From Promethearchaeota archaeon (lineage in GTDB: Archaea > Asgardarchaeota > Lokiarchaeia > Sigyniarchaeales > SOKP01), in contig JBHLON010000024.1 in assembly GCA_048940445.1 (NCBI GenBank), forward strand, positions 1-56,161: a DNA stretch of 56,161 bases. Reading direction: 5' to 3'. Positions 1-9,596 of the stretch are shown here, in pieces. A model generated the notes under the pieces. It was given only the letters and a program-made list of their open reading frames with translations. It did no database searches and was not told the origin of the DNA. The stretch's first letter is position 1; the number at the start of each line of letters is the position of its first letter. Made by a program: the position numbers and the translations under genes.

Positions 1-89
1 CGGTTAAAATTTTTGAATGAATTCAAAAACAAAATAAGTTTTATCAATTTTAGGAATCTTATTTCCAATAATACTGTACTTTATTTATT

Positions 90-227
90 ATGGCAAAATA
101 TTTGGATTATTCGGATTTCATGGGACTTATTGAATTCCTTCGCAATCTACCTGGAGTTGAAGAGGTTAAAACTGAGATTGTATTGGATCGAATAAAAGAA
201 GATCACTCGATTGTTATTCCAGAATAA
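90..227 (+). pseudogene. Lrp/AsnC-type ligand-binding (RAM) domain C-terminal fragment, 45 aa; truncated gene or short standalone ORF
   Basis: Manual translation from ATG 90 gives MAKYLDYSDFMGLIEFLRNLPGVEEVKTEIVLDRIKEDHSIVIPE*, matching the Lrp/AsnC C-terminal pattern L..LPGV....T.IVL..IK. In-frame stops upstream at 18, 51 and 69. Not in the ORF track. Confidence 0.55.
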
Positions 228-323
228 GAGTCAGGGTAATCTATTCCTTCATATAGTATTAGATTTTAGTTTGATTTAAAAGTTAACATTAAAATAAATC
301 CTTAAATCATTCTCAAGATAATC

Positions 324-578
324 TTATTCTCTGTAAATTTTGACATTATCTCTAGAATATTTATAAGTTCCTTTAAAAACATAACAAAAGAGTAAATTCA
401 TTAACCGTTCGCATTCCTCAAAATTTAATTCAATTTTTTGATTTTTTTCCAGATTTTTAAATTTTTGATGGAGATATACTTTGTTTTTAGTGTTTTGAAT
501 GACTATGTAAGTCTCTTTAAATGGGACTTCTTGACTTTTCTTTATATTTACACTTATATTTTTCGATATCATTTTCAA
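324..578 (-). CDS. hypothetical protein (84 aa)
   Basis: Open frame with plausible composition; no recognisable motif. Confidence 0.45.
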   Translation of the reverse strand: MKMISKNISVNIKKSQEVPFKETYIVIQNTKNKVYLHQKFKNLEKNQKIELNFEECERLMNLLFCYVFKGTYKYSRDNVKIYRE

Positions 579-724
579 CTAATTTTTTTTATTAACTTTT
601 GTCTTGAAAAAGTTTAGAATCATTGAGAAACTTTAGTGAACATTAACATTATACTTTTACTGTTATATTAAGCCATTTTTATTGCTGAAGATAATACGTA
701 ATTAAGAAGATTCAATAAAATAAC

Positions 725-988
725 TTAATTCTTCTGAACTCCCTGAAATTCCTCCTCATTCACATCTGATACAGGAGTATAGGTAATGTGGATGGATGAT
801 TTAGGGCTCAATTCATTAAGAGGTACTATTTGGGTTCTATGGCCTCGATGTGTATGCTCAAATTGCTGTAATAATTTTATGGCTTTATAATCATTCACAT
901 CAACGATGCAATATACATGACAATCAAAACAAGCTCTCACTCTTGCTCTTTTTAAATTATTATTATCAATTAAGTCTTTCAGACCCAA
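725..988 (-). CDS. small putative zinc-binding protein
   Basis: CFDCHVYC plus HTHRGH (CxxC...HxxH); purine-rich GGGGA-like RBS upstream. Confidence 0.65.
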   Translation of the reverse strand: MGLKDLIDNNNLKRARVRACFDCHVYCIVDVNDYKAIKLLQQFEHTHRGHRTQIVPLNELSPKSSIHITYTPVSDVNEEEFQGVQKN

Positions 989-1342
989 TTTTACTATCCC
1001 CTTTTTTTATTATTTTATATCTGGGTAGATTAGACATTACAATATCTAAAATATTAACTTAGGCACTTCTTAGGGACTACTCTATATATTAATCATTCCG
1101 ACAAATTTAAACCTTTTCATTATTGTCAATAATATTCTATTAAATGAATAGAACAATGGGTGAAATAAAATAGTTACAAACCTCAGAAAACGATTTGAAC
1201 AAGAATATTGAAGATTCCTAATTTTAAAAATAAACATAGTAAACAATCTGAATTTTTTTTATAATATATTATGCCCTAGATAAAAGAATATCATCCAATC
1301 AAACGATAAATTATTAATTTTTGTTATACCATATGATTTATA

Positions 1343-2005
1343 ATGACATTATTTCATGGTATTGAAATTAATGATTTAGAAATTATCGCGCTACAGGATA
1401 TTGAAAAAATTATCAATGAAGTTTTACCTTTAGTTAAAGATATCGATTATTATACAGATTGGTTTGGAGTGGTAGTTAATGATGAAACAGTGGAGAAATT
1501 AGGACTTGTAGAGAAAAATATAACTCACTTAGCAGGTACTATAGGAAACTTACGAAATCTTGAAGAACTCAATTTATGGAATAATAAGTTGAAAGAATTA
1601 CCGAATCGATTAAGTCAGCTCACTAATTTGCAATCTCTGGATTTATCAGAGAATCAATTGCCCTCATTTCCAAAAAACATCTTTACTTTAACAGAATTAC
1701 GATATCTAGCAATAAGTAGTAATCAAATTTCATCAATTTCAGAAAATATTCAATATCTTAATAAACTTGAAGAATTTTATCTAACAGGCAATAAATTAAC
1801 ATCACTCCCAGAAAATATAGGTAAATTGGAAAATCTTAAAACATTAATATTATCTAGTAATCAATTAAAAACTTTACCTGAGAGTATATATACATTATCT
1901 AATCTTGAACACTTGGATTTACGATATAATAAACTAGATATGAATTCTGAAAAACTAAAAGGTTGGATTAATAAATTACGATCCAATAATGTTGTAGTCG
2001 ATTGA
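1343..2005 (+). CDS. leucine-rich repeat protein
   Basis: About six 23-aa repeats LxxLxLxxNxL/IxxLPxxI (e.g. LENLKTLILSSNQLKTLPESI). Confidence 0.93.
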   Translation: MTLFHGIEINDLEIIALQDIEKIINEVLPLVKDIDYYTDWFGVVVNDETVEKLGLVEKNITHLAGTIGNLRNLEELNLWNNKLKELPNRLSQLTNLQSLDLSENQLPSFPKNIFTLTELRYLAISSNQISSISENIQYLNKLEEFYLTGNKLTSLPENIGKLENLKTLILSSNQLKTLPESIYTLSNLEHLDLRYNKLDMNSEKLKGWINKLRSNNVVVD

Positions 2006-2212
2006 TGTATTTGATATCATGAGTTTAATGGTTAATTTGAATATTTGGTGTCGATAACTGGTTGATATTTTTTCATAAGCTTAACAGAACACTTTTTCAA
2101 AAAATAGGTTTTTATTTTCTTTTTTTAAGTCTTCTTATCCTTAATATTTATACTTAGAATTATTAAAAATAATATACTTATAATTTTAAATTTTAAAAAC
2201 TATATAGATTAC

Positions 2213-2629
2213 ATGCCCAAAATCTATTCTATTTCTACAATTAGAAAGAAAGTAAGGGAATATGGAAAAAAAATCAATGCTCCAAGCCAATTACTTTCTG
2301 TTCGTTCTTCTAGTGATGGATTTGGTACACCTTATATTGAAATTGATAAGAATGGATATAATTATGTAATCAGTGAGAGAGGAGAAGAATTTGAAAGAAG
2401 ACAAACAACAGATTTTGACAAATTATTATATTGGATATTCAAAGATATTGTTTTTGAAATGGCGAGTCAGTATGAATTAGATCATCGTATACCTAATGAA
2501 GATTTTAGAAGGCAATTATTTACAAAAGAACAGGAATTAATGAGACAACTTGATTTGAAATTTGTAAAATGGAAGAAGAAAGAGTTTGATAAAATTCTTG
2601 AGGAATCATCTTATGAAGATAATTTATAA
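2213..2629 (+). CDS. Imm63-like polymorphic-toxin immunity protein
   Basis: G.PYIEID..GY.YV.SERG.E..RR.T.D.D.LLYWIF....F.MA..YEL.HR....D.RR..F..Q pattern typical of the Immunity protein 63 family. Confidence 0.75.
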   Translation: MPKIYSISTIRKKVREYGKKINAPSQLLSVRSSSDGFGTPYIEIDKNGYNYVISERGEEFERRQTTDFDKLLYWIFKDIVFEMASQYELDHRIPNEDFRRQLFTKEQELMRQLDLKFVKWKKKEFDKILEESSYEDNL

Positions 2630-2643
2630 TTACTGGATGATCT

Positions 2644-4107
2644 ATGATTAGTATGCATAAAGGCTTTATTGAACGGAATGAAACCAACGATATAAAGGTT
2701 AGAGTGTTAGAAGGAATAGCTAAGATTGAAAAAGATCACGAATTAGATAAATTGAGTATAGATAAAATCGTTGAGAAAATAGCTCAAGCAGATGTTTTAT
2801 CAGATAGTCTTGTTACAATGTTCGGGGTAGTTTCAACTTCTTACGCCTACTTCAAACACATAAGTAAAAGAGCAACAATTGAAAAACTCGAAGAATTAAC
2901 AGAGCATTCAAGTTATGTAGTGCAATGCTATGCTTTTGCTGCACTCACTCAAAAGGCTCCTGATAAACTCTTTAAAATAATTAAGTCTAAGCTACATATT
3001 ACAAAAAAAATAAAAACAGTCTATTTTGATATTTTAGGAAGAGTCAGAGTTGCTGATTTCTTTATTTATGAGGGTCTTCCTTTTCTTACAGCAGAACAAT
3101 ATAATTATATTGTTGATGAAGTGCTTGAACATAATTATGATCTTGATTTCAAATCTAACTATTTTTTGGAATTGAAGCCAGATGAAAAAAATTATGAGCG
3201 AATAAGAAAATTTGTTATAGAATTTAATGATCCCTATGCACTTGTAGCCCTTGCGAAATTTCAAAAAGATTCGGACATAGAAATTATTAAGAGTTTTTCT
3301 AAAGGAGATTCATGGCAATTTTATGAAGCAGTAAAAATATTTCCGCATCCTTCTTTTTGGAATTTATTATTGAAAATATATAATATGGGATTAGAAGCAG
3401 AAGAAACTTATCGCCCCAATATAGATTATCTCTATAAAGCTATCTCCGTTTATCATAATGTTGAAGCAAAAGAAGTTTTAACAAATAGCTTTGATAAAAT
3501 TAAGAATCAAGATTTTGTAAAATCTCATGCTGAAGCAATTTTCCGGGCCATTAAGACTTTTAAAGACGGTTTTTATGATAAACTTCTATTTAAACTTTGG
3601 AAAGACTATAATCTGATTAATCTGGAAATATTTGATTATTTATGGGATAAAAATTCCGATCTCTGTCTTGAAATAATAAATATTTCGTTAAATGATCCAA
3701 ATAAATTATCTAAAATATTTTGGAATAGTTCTTTCTATGGAAATATTGGGACTTCTATAGATGAAAGTGAAGAATTTGCAGCAAAAATTATTAAATTATT
3801 TATAGCGAAAGATAAAAAAAATGCCTTTAAAGCAATTAAAAAAAACATTCTCTATCAAAATGTCAGTTATTTACCAATATTTACGAAAATTGTTTCCGAT
3901 CTATTAGAGGATGATTTTATAGAAGTTTTATTTGAACGGTTTTCAAATGATAAGAATTATGATGTTTACTGCGACATTGCCAAATGCCTATTAGAATATA
4001 ATTCACCCGAAATTAACAAGAAACTGCTTAAAATCATTAAGAATAAATCATATCTACAGAAAAGTTGGGAATTAAGAGAAATTTTGAATAAAAAAGCAGT
4101 TAAATAA
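2644..4107 (+). CDS. alpha-helical HEAT/ARM-like repeat protein
   Basis: HEAT-like segments (LEELTEHSSYVVQCYAFAAL, ALVALAKFQKDSDIEII); starts 14 bp after the Imm63-like gene, so likely co-transcribed. Confidence 0.6.
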   Translation: MISMHKGFIERNETNDIKVRVLEGIAKIEKDHELDKLSIDKIVEKIAQADVLSDSLVTMFGVVSTSYAYFKHISKRATIEKLEELTEHSSYVVQCYAFAALTQKAPDKLFKIIKSKLHITKKIKTVYFDILGRVRVADFFIYEGLPFLTAEQYNYIVDEVLEHNYDLDFKSNYFLELKPDEKNYERIRKFVIEFNDPYALVALAKFQKDSDIEIIKSFSKGDSWQFYEAVKIFPHPSFWNLLLKIYNMGLEAEETYRPNIDYLYKAISVYHNVEAKEVLTNSFDKIKNQDFVKSHAEAIFRAIKTFKDGFYDKLLFKLWKDYNLINLEIFDYLWDKNSDLCLEIINISLNDPNKLSKIFWNSSFYGNIGTSIDESEEFAAKIIKLFIAKDKKNAFKAIKKNILYQNVSYLPIFTKIVSDLLEDDFIEVLFERFSNDKNYDVYCDIAKCLLEYNSPEINKKLLKIIKNKSYLQKSWELREILNKKAVK

Positions 4108-4256
4108 GATTGGTAATATGAAAGTTATTAGTTGCTAATTCAAGCGCTTAAGATTTTTTACAAATTTTGGGAGAGCGCCTTTTATTACTATATCATTATA
4201 TACATAACCTTCTTACCAATTAATATCAAAATTGAATTCAAGATTAGGATTACTTT

Positions 4257-5078
4257 TTATTTTAAAACTTTTTTAGCGTAAAGCATGAAAACACCCATAA
4301 TCCCAAATCGACTATCCAAATCCACATCTACTTGAAATGATTTTTCCTTTAACATTTCAACAATTTCATTTAATAAATTCTCTCCATCTTTAATATGCGT
4401 ATGAATTTCCATTGATATTTGTCGAATTTTGTTCCAATCCTCCTCTTTAATCCCTGCTAAAACTTCTTGTTCATAATTCTCCGCATCAATTTTTAATAAA
4501 TCAATGCATTCAATATTATTTTCAAGAATAATATCTGATAATGTGCGTAATGTACAATCAACCATCTTTGATTTATAATTATTTTTCAACCATGCTTTAA
4601 CAACAAATTTTCGTAAAAATTTTGGCACGATTTTAGCGATTGGTACTATCTCTACAAACATTTCGTTATAATGTTGAATGAATTGATTAACTTTCAAATC
4701 CCAATCAAAAGGTGTGATGGCAGAGTCAGCACTAACTTTTGGATAATAATGAATTTTGATCTTTTGGTTGCTTTCACCTAATCCGATATTGTAAGTTTTT
4801 ATATTAGCAGATAGGTTCCTAAGATTTGCTTCTAATGCTTTATAGATTAGAGGTACGGGTTCAAAAGCGAGAATTGTTAGATTTTGTGCTTGTTGTGCGA
4901 TAAAGCGAGAAAATAGCCCTATATTTGCTCCAATATCAAAGATTACATCGTTTTCATTGACCTTTATTCCGAATTTTAAGTAATCATTTTCAATATAAAT
5001 TTCTTCATAAATATCGAGAGCAGATAATTTGTCGATAAAATATATTTCTTCACCATTTGGTAATGTAAGAGTTCTCAT
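4257..5078 (-). CDS. FkbM family SAM-dependent methyltransferase
   Basis: IFDIGANIGLF, AFEPVP and IDLLKIDAENYE motifs. Confidence 0.92.
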   Translation of the reverse strand: MRTLTLPNGEEIYFIDKLSALDIYEEIYIENDYLKFGIKVNENDVIFDIGANIGLFSRFIAQQAQNLTILAFEPVPLIYKALEANLRNLSANIKTYNIGLGESNQKIKIHYYPKVSADSAITPFDWDLKVNQFIQHYNEMFVEIVPIAKIVPKFLRKFVVKAWLKNNYKSKMVDCTLRTLSDIILENNIECIDLLKIDAENYEQEVLAGIKEEDWNKIRQISMEIHTHIKDGENLLNEIVEMLKEKSFQVDVDLDSRFGIMGVFMLYAKKVLK

Positions 5079-5418
5079 AGTTTCATTTCCTTATACTTAA
5101 TTTGAATTTTCTTTGAGAAATATTTTTATTAGGAGAGCCTTTCATAGCGTTTATAGATTACTTAATTCAAAATGTAAGACTAATTTTTTTAAATTTATCA
5201 AAAACATCAAGATTATTATCGATAACCTTCAATTGATACGATTTATATGATCTATAAATGTTTTTAACTATATCGCATAGCATAACCTAGTCCCTAAACA
5301 ATATTTTTGTACGCAGTACTTTTAATTTCTACTCATTTGTAAAAGTGCGAAAAATATATATACAACAATGTTAAATTATTAGTTATATTTAGGTTTTCAA
5401 ATTAAAAAAGGCAAAAAA

Positions 5419-7752
5419 ATGAAAAATACTAAGAAATTAATCTATTTTATTATTTGTGTGTTATTTACTAGCTCTTGCTTGATACCATTATATTATCAAA
5501 ACTTTGATAGACTTCAAAGTGAAAGTGAAAATAATGCATTTAATATCAATAGTAGTGATCATATATATGTGCCTTTCGTTGTTGGTGTTGCTAAAGGGCC
5601 GTCTGGCATAGATCCAATTAATGTATGGGATATGGATTCATGGAATGTAATAAGTCAAGTATGTGAAGGTCTTTTTAAAAACAATCTCTCAGATCCTGAT
5701 TTAAATAGGGTTAATTTGCTTGCTGAATCATATTGGTGGGAAAATGCAACTACTTTACAACTTAAATTAAGAGAAGGTGTCTTATTCCACGATTATACTC
5801 CATTTAATTCTACTGTGGCAAAATGGAATTTAGATCGAATACAATATTTGATATTTAATGGTGCATTGGATGCGCAACTTTGGCGTTTTCCTAATGGCAC
5901 AAGCATTATGAAGCAAATTGATGCTGTTAGTGAGTATAATATTACTATACATCTTAATGCTCCCTATTCTCCTTTTTTAAATCTGTTATGTTATCCAGGA
6001 GCATCGATGATTTCCCCTTCAGCTTATTCTCAAACTGAATTTATTAACATTACTACTGACGATTTAATAGGCACTGGTCCCTTTGAATACGATCGATACA
6101 TTAATGGAGTTGAAGTGGATTTCCATGCGTTTGATGATTATTGGAGGGGAAAGGCGAACATCTCCAAAATGGTTTTTTCTATTTATCCGAATGCCACAGC
6201 AAGAAGAAACGCTTTGTTGAACAAAGAAATAGACTTTATAGGTGCTCCAATTACTCCTGATTTCTCTATGCTCAAAGCTGATCCAGAAATAATCTTAGCA
6301 GAAGCTCCCAATGTGGGATTGGAATATAATTTTCTTGGATTGAATAATGACAAGATTAATGTAACCTGGAGAAAAGCAATTTCTTACGCAATAGATTACA
6401 CTAATTTATCTCAGTACTGGAATACAACTTTGCATGAATCCGTTGAGAGAGCTTATAGTCCCATATCCCCTGGGTTTGGAGATACATATTATAATTGTTC
6501 AAAGATTGCCCCTTATTACAATCTTACAATTGCCAGGCAGGCACTAATAAATGCAGGCATTACAAATTTACCTCTAGATGATGATACAGGATGGCAGGCT
6601 GCTGAATTAGCTGTCTTCAACTACACTTATTGCACAGAATTTTCATCTCCTATTTGGGCAGATTTATATCCTTTATTAGCTGATTATCTTGATAAGATAG
6701 GAGTTACAGTTGTGGGAGAACCTCTAGATTTAAGCGATTTCATTTATAAGATAATAATATATCAGCAAGCAGAGATGTACTATTGGGGCTGGTATCCAGA
6801 TTTTGTTGATGCTGATTATTATCTTTACAAAGGATTATTTAGTTCAGGTCCAGAAAATTTTGCTAATGTTAATGATCCTTGGTTAGATGCGAAAATAGTA
6901 GAGGCAGGAACAACAATTAATGAAAATGCAAGAAATACAATTTATCACGATATACAAATATATTTATCCTCAAGTCTTTTTCCATTCGTATCTCTTTTTC
7001 ACAATCGAGAATTCTTTGCGTACAATGCTAAGTTACCCAATTACCCTAATAATGCCCTTGGTTATTTATATTTTTATCCTTGTAAATGGACTCCTATTCC
7101 TGTGTTAGAAATAAATTCACCTATTGATAACTCTATATTTGCGAATACTGCTCCTACATTCAATCTAACTATAAATAAAATTAATTACAATACGATTTGG
7201 TATACAATAGATAATGGTATTACAAATATAACTTGTGGAATGTCAGGTCAAATTAGTCCAACGCTTTGGAATGGATTAGACGATGGGTTTTGTACGCTTA
7301 AATTTTTTGTTGAAGATTCTAATGGTTCTATCGTTACTGATGAAGTTTTGATTTATAAAGACACTACAGCCCCTAAAATTCTTATAAATATCCCAAATGA
7401 TAAAGATGTATTTGGTTCCGATGCACCAAGCTATGATGTTTCCATAAGTGATATTCATTTGTCTGAGATGTGGTATACTCTTGATGAAGGACTACATACA
7501 TATATATTTACTGAATTTACTGGGACTATAGATCAAACAGCATGGAATGCAATAGCACAGGGAGAAATTAATATAACATTTTATGCTATAGATGTTGTAG
7601 GAAACCTAGCATCTAAGAGTATTACCATAATCAAGAGTATTCCAAATGGATTAGATCCTATTATGCTTACAATAATTGCTGGTTTGATAGTTGGAGGGGT
7701 TGTCATTGCCTCAGTAGTCTATATTTTCATGAAAAGACGTTCAAGAGCCTAG
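5419..7752 (+). CDS. ABC transporter family-5 (peptide/nickel) substrate-binding protein with C-terminal Ig-like repeats and TM anchor
   Basis: Signal peptide; LREGVLFHDYTPFNS and IGTGPF motifs; RKAISYAIDY; WYPDFVDAD; two WYT(I/L)D beta-repeats with DTTAP linker; C-terminal TM then KRRSRA. Confidence 0.9.
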   Translation: MKNTKKLIYFIICVLFTSSCLIPLYYQNFDRLQSESENNAFNINSSDHIYVPFVVGVAKGPSGIDPINVWDMDSWNVISQVCEGLFKNNLSDPDLNRVNLLAESYWWENATTLQLKLREGVLFHDYTPFNSTVAKWNLDRIQYLIFNGALDAQLWRFPNGTSIMKQIDAVSEYNITIHLNAPYSPFLNLLCYPGASMISPSAYSQTEFINITTDDLIGTGPFEYDRYINGVEVDFHAFDDYWRGKANISKMVFSIYPNATARRNALLNKEIDFIGAPITPDFSMLKADPEIILAEAPNVGLEYNFLGLNNDKINVTWRKAISYAIDYTNLSQYWNTTLHESVERAYSPISPGFGDTYYNCSKIAPYYNLTIARQALINAGITNLPLDDDTGWQAAELAVFNYTYCTEFSSPIWADLYPLLADYLDKIGVTVVGEPLDLSDFIYKIIIYQQAEMYYWGWYPDFVDADYYLYKGLFSSGPENFANVNDPWLDAKIVEAGTTINENARNTIYHDIQIYLSSSLFPFVSLFHNREFFAYNAKLPNYPNNALGYLYFYPCKWTPIPVLEINSPIDNSIFANTAPTFNLTINKINYNTIWYTIDNGITNITCGMSGQISPTLWNGLDDGFCTLKFFVEDSNGSIVTDEVLIYKDTTAPKILINIPNDKDVFGSDAPSYDVSISDIHLSEMWYTLDEGLHTYIFTEFTGTIDQTAWNAIAQGEINITFYAIDVVGNLASKSITIIKSIPNGLDPIMLTIIAGLIVGGVVIASVVYIFMKRRSRA

Positions 7753-7760
7753 TATTTCAA

Positions 7761-7778
7761 TTTTTCTATTTTTTTCTT
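7761..7778 (+). terminator. putative archaeal oligo-T terminator
   Basis: TTTTTCTATTTTTTTCTT just after the SBP stop codon. Confidence 0.4.
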
Positions 7779-7900
7779 GTATCTTGATTAAATCTGTTTT
7801 TTCTTCTAAATCTGAATAATTATTTAACTAAGAAAGAATCTTTCCTTTGATTTTTGAAAAAAAATTAATTATTTAAGTATAATTACAAAAAGGTGCTTTT

Positions 7901-8227
7901 TTATAAATTAGGCATATTAAGTCCTACAAGCGGAAGTGCATCGCCTCCAGACATGAATACTTCTATTTCTTGTTTGAATCCCTCAAGCTCAGCGAATGAT
8001 AGCACTTCTTTATAATGTTGTTGCATCCATTCTTTAAATTTTCCCTTCTTAACTTCAACTACAGAAAATGCTTTCATTCCTTCATGAGTAATTCTTATTG
8101 CAAGTGGGATAATTATTTTTGCTAGTGTTTTATCAGGTGGAACCATTTTCAATATCTCAAGATACTTCTTTCCCACTTCTGCAGATTTATTTGCAGGAAA
8201 GTAGACTGTATTTACAACCAATACCAT
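7901..8227 (-). CDS. conserved hypothetical small alpha/beta protein; paralog of 43594-43914
   Basis: Good SD (GAGGTGA) upstream; aligns with the interrupted gene at 43594 (P..K...V.K.YL, EG....S..EVK.G, EGF). Confidence 0.8.
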   Translation of the reverse strand: MVLVVNTVYFPANKSAEVGKKYLEILKMVPPDKTLAKIIIPLAIRITHEGMKAFSVVEVKKGKFKEWMQQHYKEVLSFAELEGFKQEIEVFMSGGDALPLVGLNMPNL

Positions 8228-8421
8228 TCATTTCACCTCATTAGATTCTTCGATTTTAAATTAGGAAATATTTTAGAAAGGTATAATAGAATAAGGAACT
8301 ATAATATAAAAGCCTATACAATCGTGTTAAAAAAAATCTTTCTTTAAAAAGAATACTTTATTTTTTCTCCATTTGGTAATGCAAGTGTTCTCATATTTTC
8401 ATTTCCTTTTTAGAATAAACT

Positions 8422-8946
8422 TTAAATTCTGTAAACATAAATTTTTTTATCTGAATCTTCGTTAATAATCGATAGTCTATGAAATTTAAACGAATTTGAT
8501 GCCACACGAGCGGTAGGTTTAAGTTCTTGAATAAGCTTCTCTTCTAATTTGTCATTCGTTTCTTGTAATAAATAACATATCACCACATCAGCGTAGCTTA
8601 AATCAGTTTTGAAAAAATTACCATACTTAACTTTGACTTGTTTTCGCAAACCAAGAATTGTTATTAACAACTGACACCAGAGGTAAAATAGAACATTAAT
8701 TTCAATACCTACCGCTTTTGCCCTAAATCTTCGAGCTGCGGTAATAATAATGCGTCCATCTCCACAACCAAGATCATAAAGAGTCTCATTAGGCTGAATA
8801 TTAGCCAAAGTAAGCATTTCTCGTACCTTTTTCATTCGCGTTGGAAGCCAAGGCGCTCCTTTTATATGAGACCAAGCGTATAAAAGACAAAAAATTATAC
8901 CAATTATAATTAAACTTATAAAAACTTGTTGGATAGCGTTAACCAT
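8422..8946 (-). CDS. class I SAM methyltransferase, aKMT/FAM173-like protein-lysine methyltransferase with N-terminal TM
   Basis: GAPWLPT, YDLGCGDGRIIITAA, GIEIN, ADVVICYLL, KL..EL.P..RV.SNSF motifs; hydrophobic N-terminal helix. Confidence 0.82.
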   Translation of the reverse strand: MVNAIQQVFISLIIIGIIFCLLYAWSHIKGAPWLPTRMKKVREMLTLANIQPNETLYDLGCGDGRIIITAARRFRAKAVGIEINVLFYLWCQLLITILGLRKQVKVKYGNFFKTDLSYADVVICYLLQETNDKLEEKLIQELKPTARVASNSFKFHRLSIINEDSDKKIYVYRI

Positions 8947-9080
8947 TTCTATATTCCATTTTACCTTCTATAAATATATACTCAATAAATGATTCTTAGT
9001 ATTTCTTTTAAATTCTGATCTAACGCATTATAGTGGTCTTTTTTCTATACTTTTAAAGAAAATTATGATTGGAGATTTTT

Positions 9081-9395
9081 TTATGACTTTTTTAGTTTTT
9101 TAATTTTCTTTATCTTATCCTTGTGTAAATTCTTTATTCTCTTCTTTAACTTTAAAATTAAAGCATCTAGCTCAGCTTTTCTTGCTTTCAACGTAGGATA
9201 ATTGGAGATTCCATAAATTTTTTTTTCTTCGTGTTTGATTCCTTGCTCAACCTGGTGTAATTCCTTATGTAATGTGGCTAGATCTGATTCTAATTCCTTC
9301 AAGTTTTTATGATATTCTGCTTGTAATTTTTTATACAATTCTGCTTTTGATTCGTTTACCATAAAATAATCATATTTGAGAATTACATTTAGCAA
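9081..9395 (-). CDS. basic coiled-coil hypothetical protein (probable start ATG 9362)
   Basis: Heptad Leu pattern, Lys/Glu rich. Confidence 0.6.
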   Translation of the reverse strand: MLNVILKYDYFMVNESKAELYKKLQAEYHKNLKELESDLATLHKELHQVEQGIKHEEKKIYGISNYPTLKARKAELDALILKLKKRIKNLHKDKIKKIKKLKKS

Positions 9396-9596
9396 TTGAA
9401 TAATTAAGTATTGCTAGTTTTGATTAAATAAAATAAACAGCGCTATATAAGCGTTTAGACGTAGAATTATTTCTATTCAAATTTTCTTTTAAATCTATAA
9501 TAAACATTATAGATAAAAATGAGGAGAAAAATTTGGAATTAACGGACAATTAAAAGATTCCTAAGGAGAAATTAAAAAATTTAAGGAACTTCTAAA

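Noticed and set aside
13-195. 60-aa ORF in the ORF track
   Set aside because: No recognisable features; the overlapping frame 90-227 has a much more protein-like Lrp/AsnC signature
850-1062. 70-aa plus-strand ORF
   Set aside because: Antisense overlap with the Zn-finger gene 725-988; no motif
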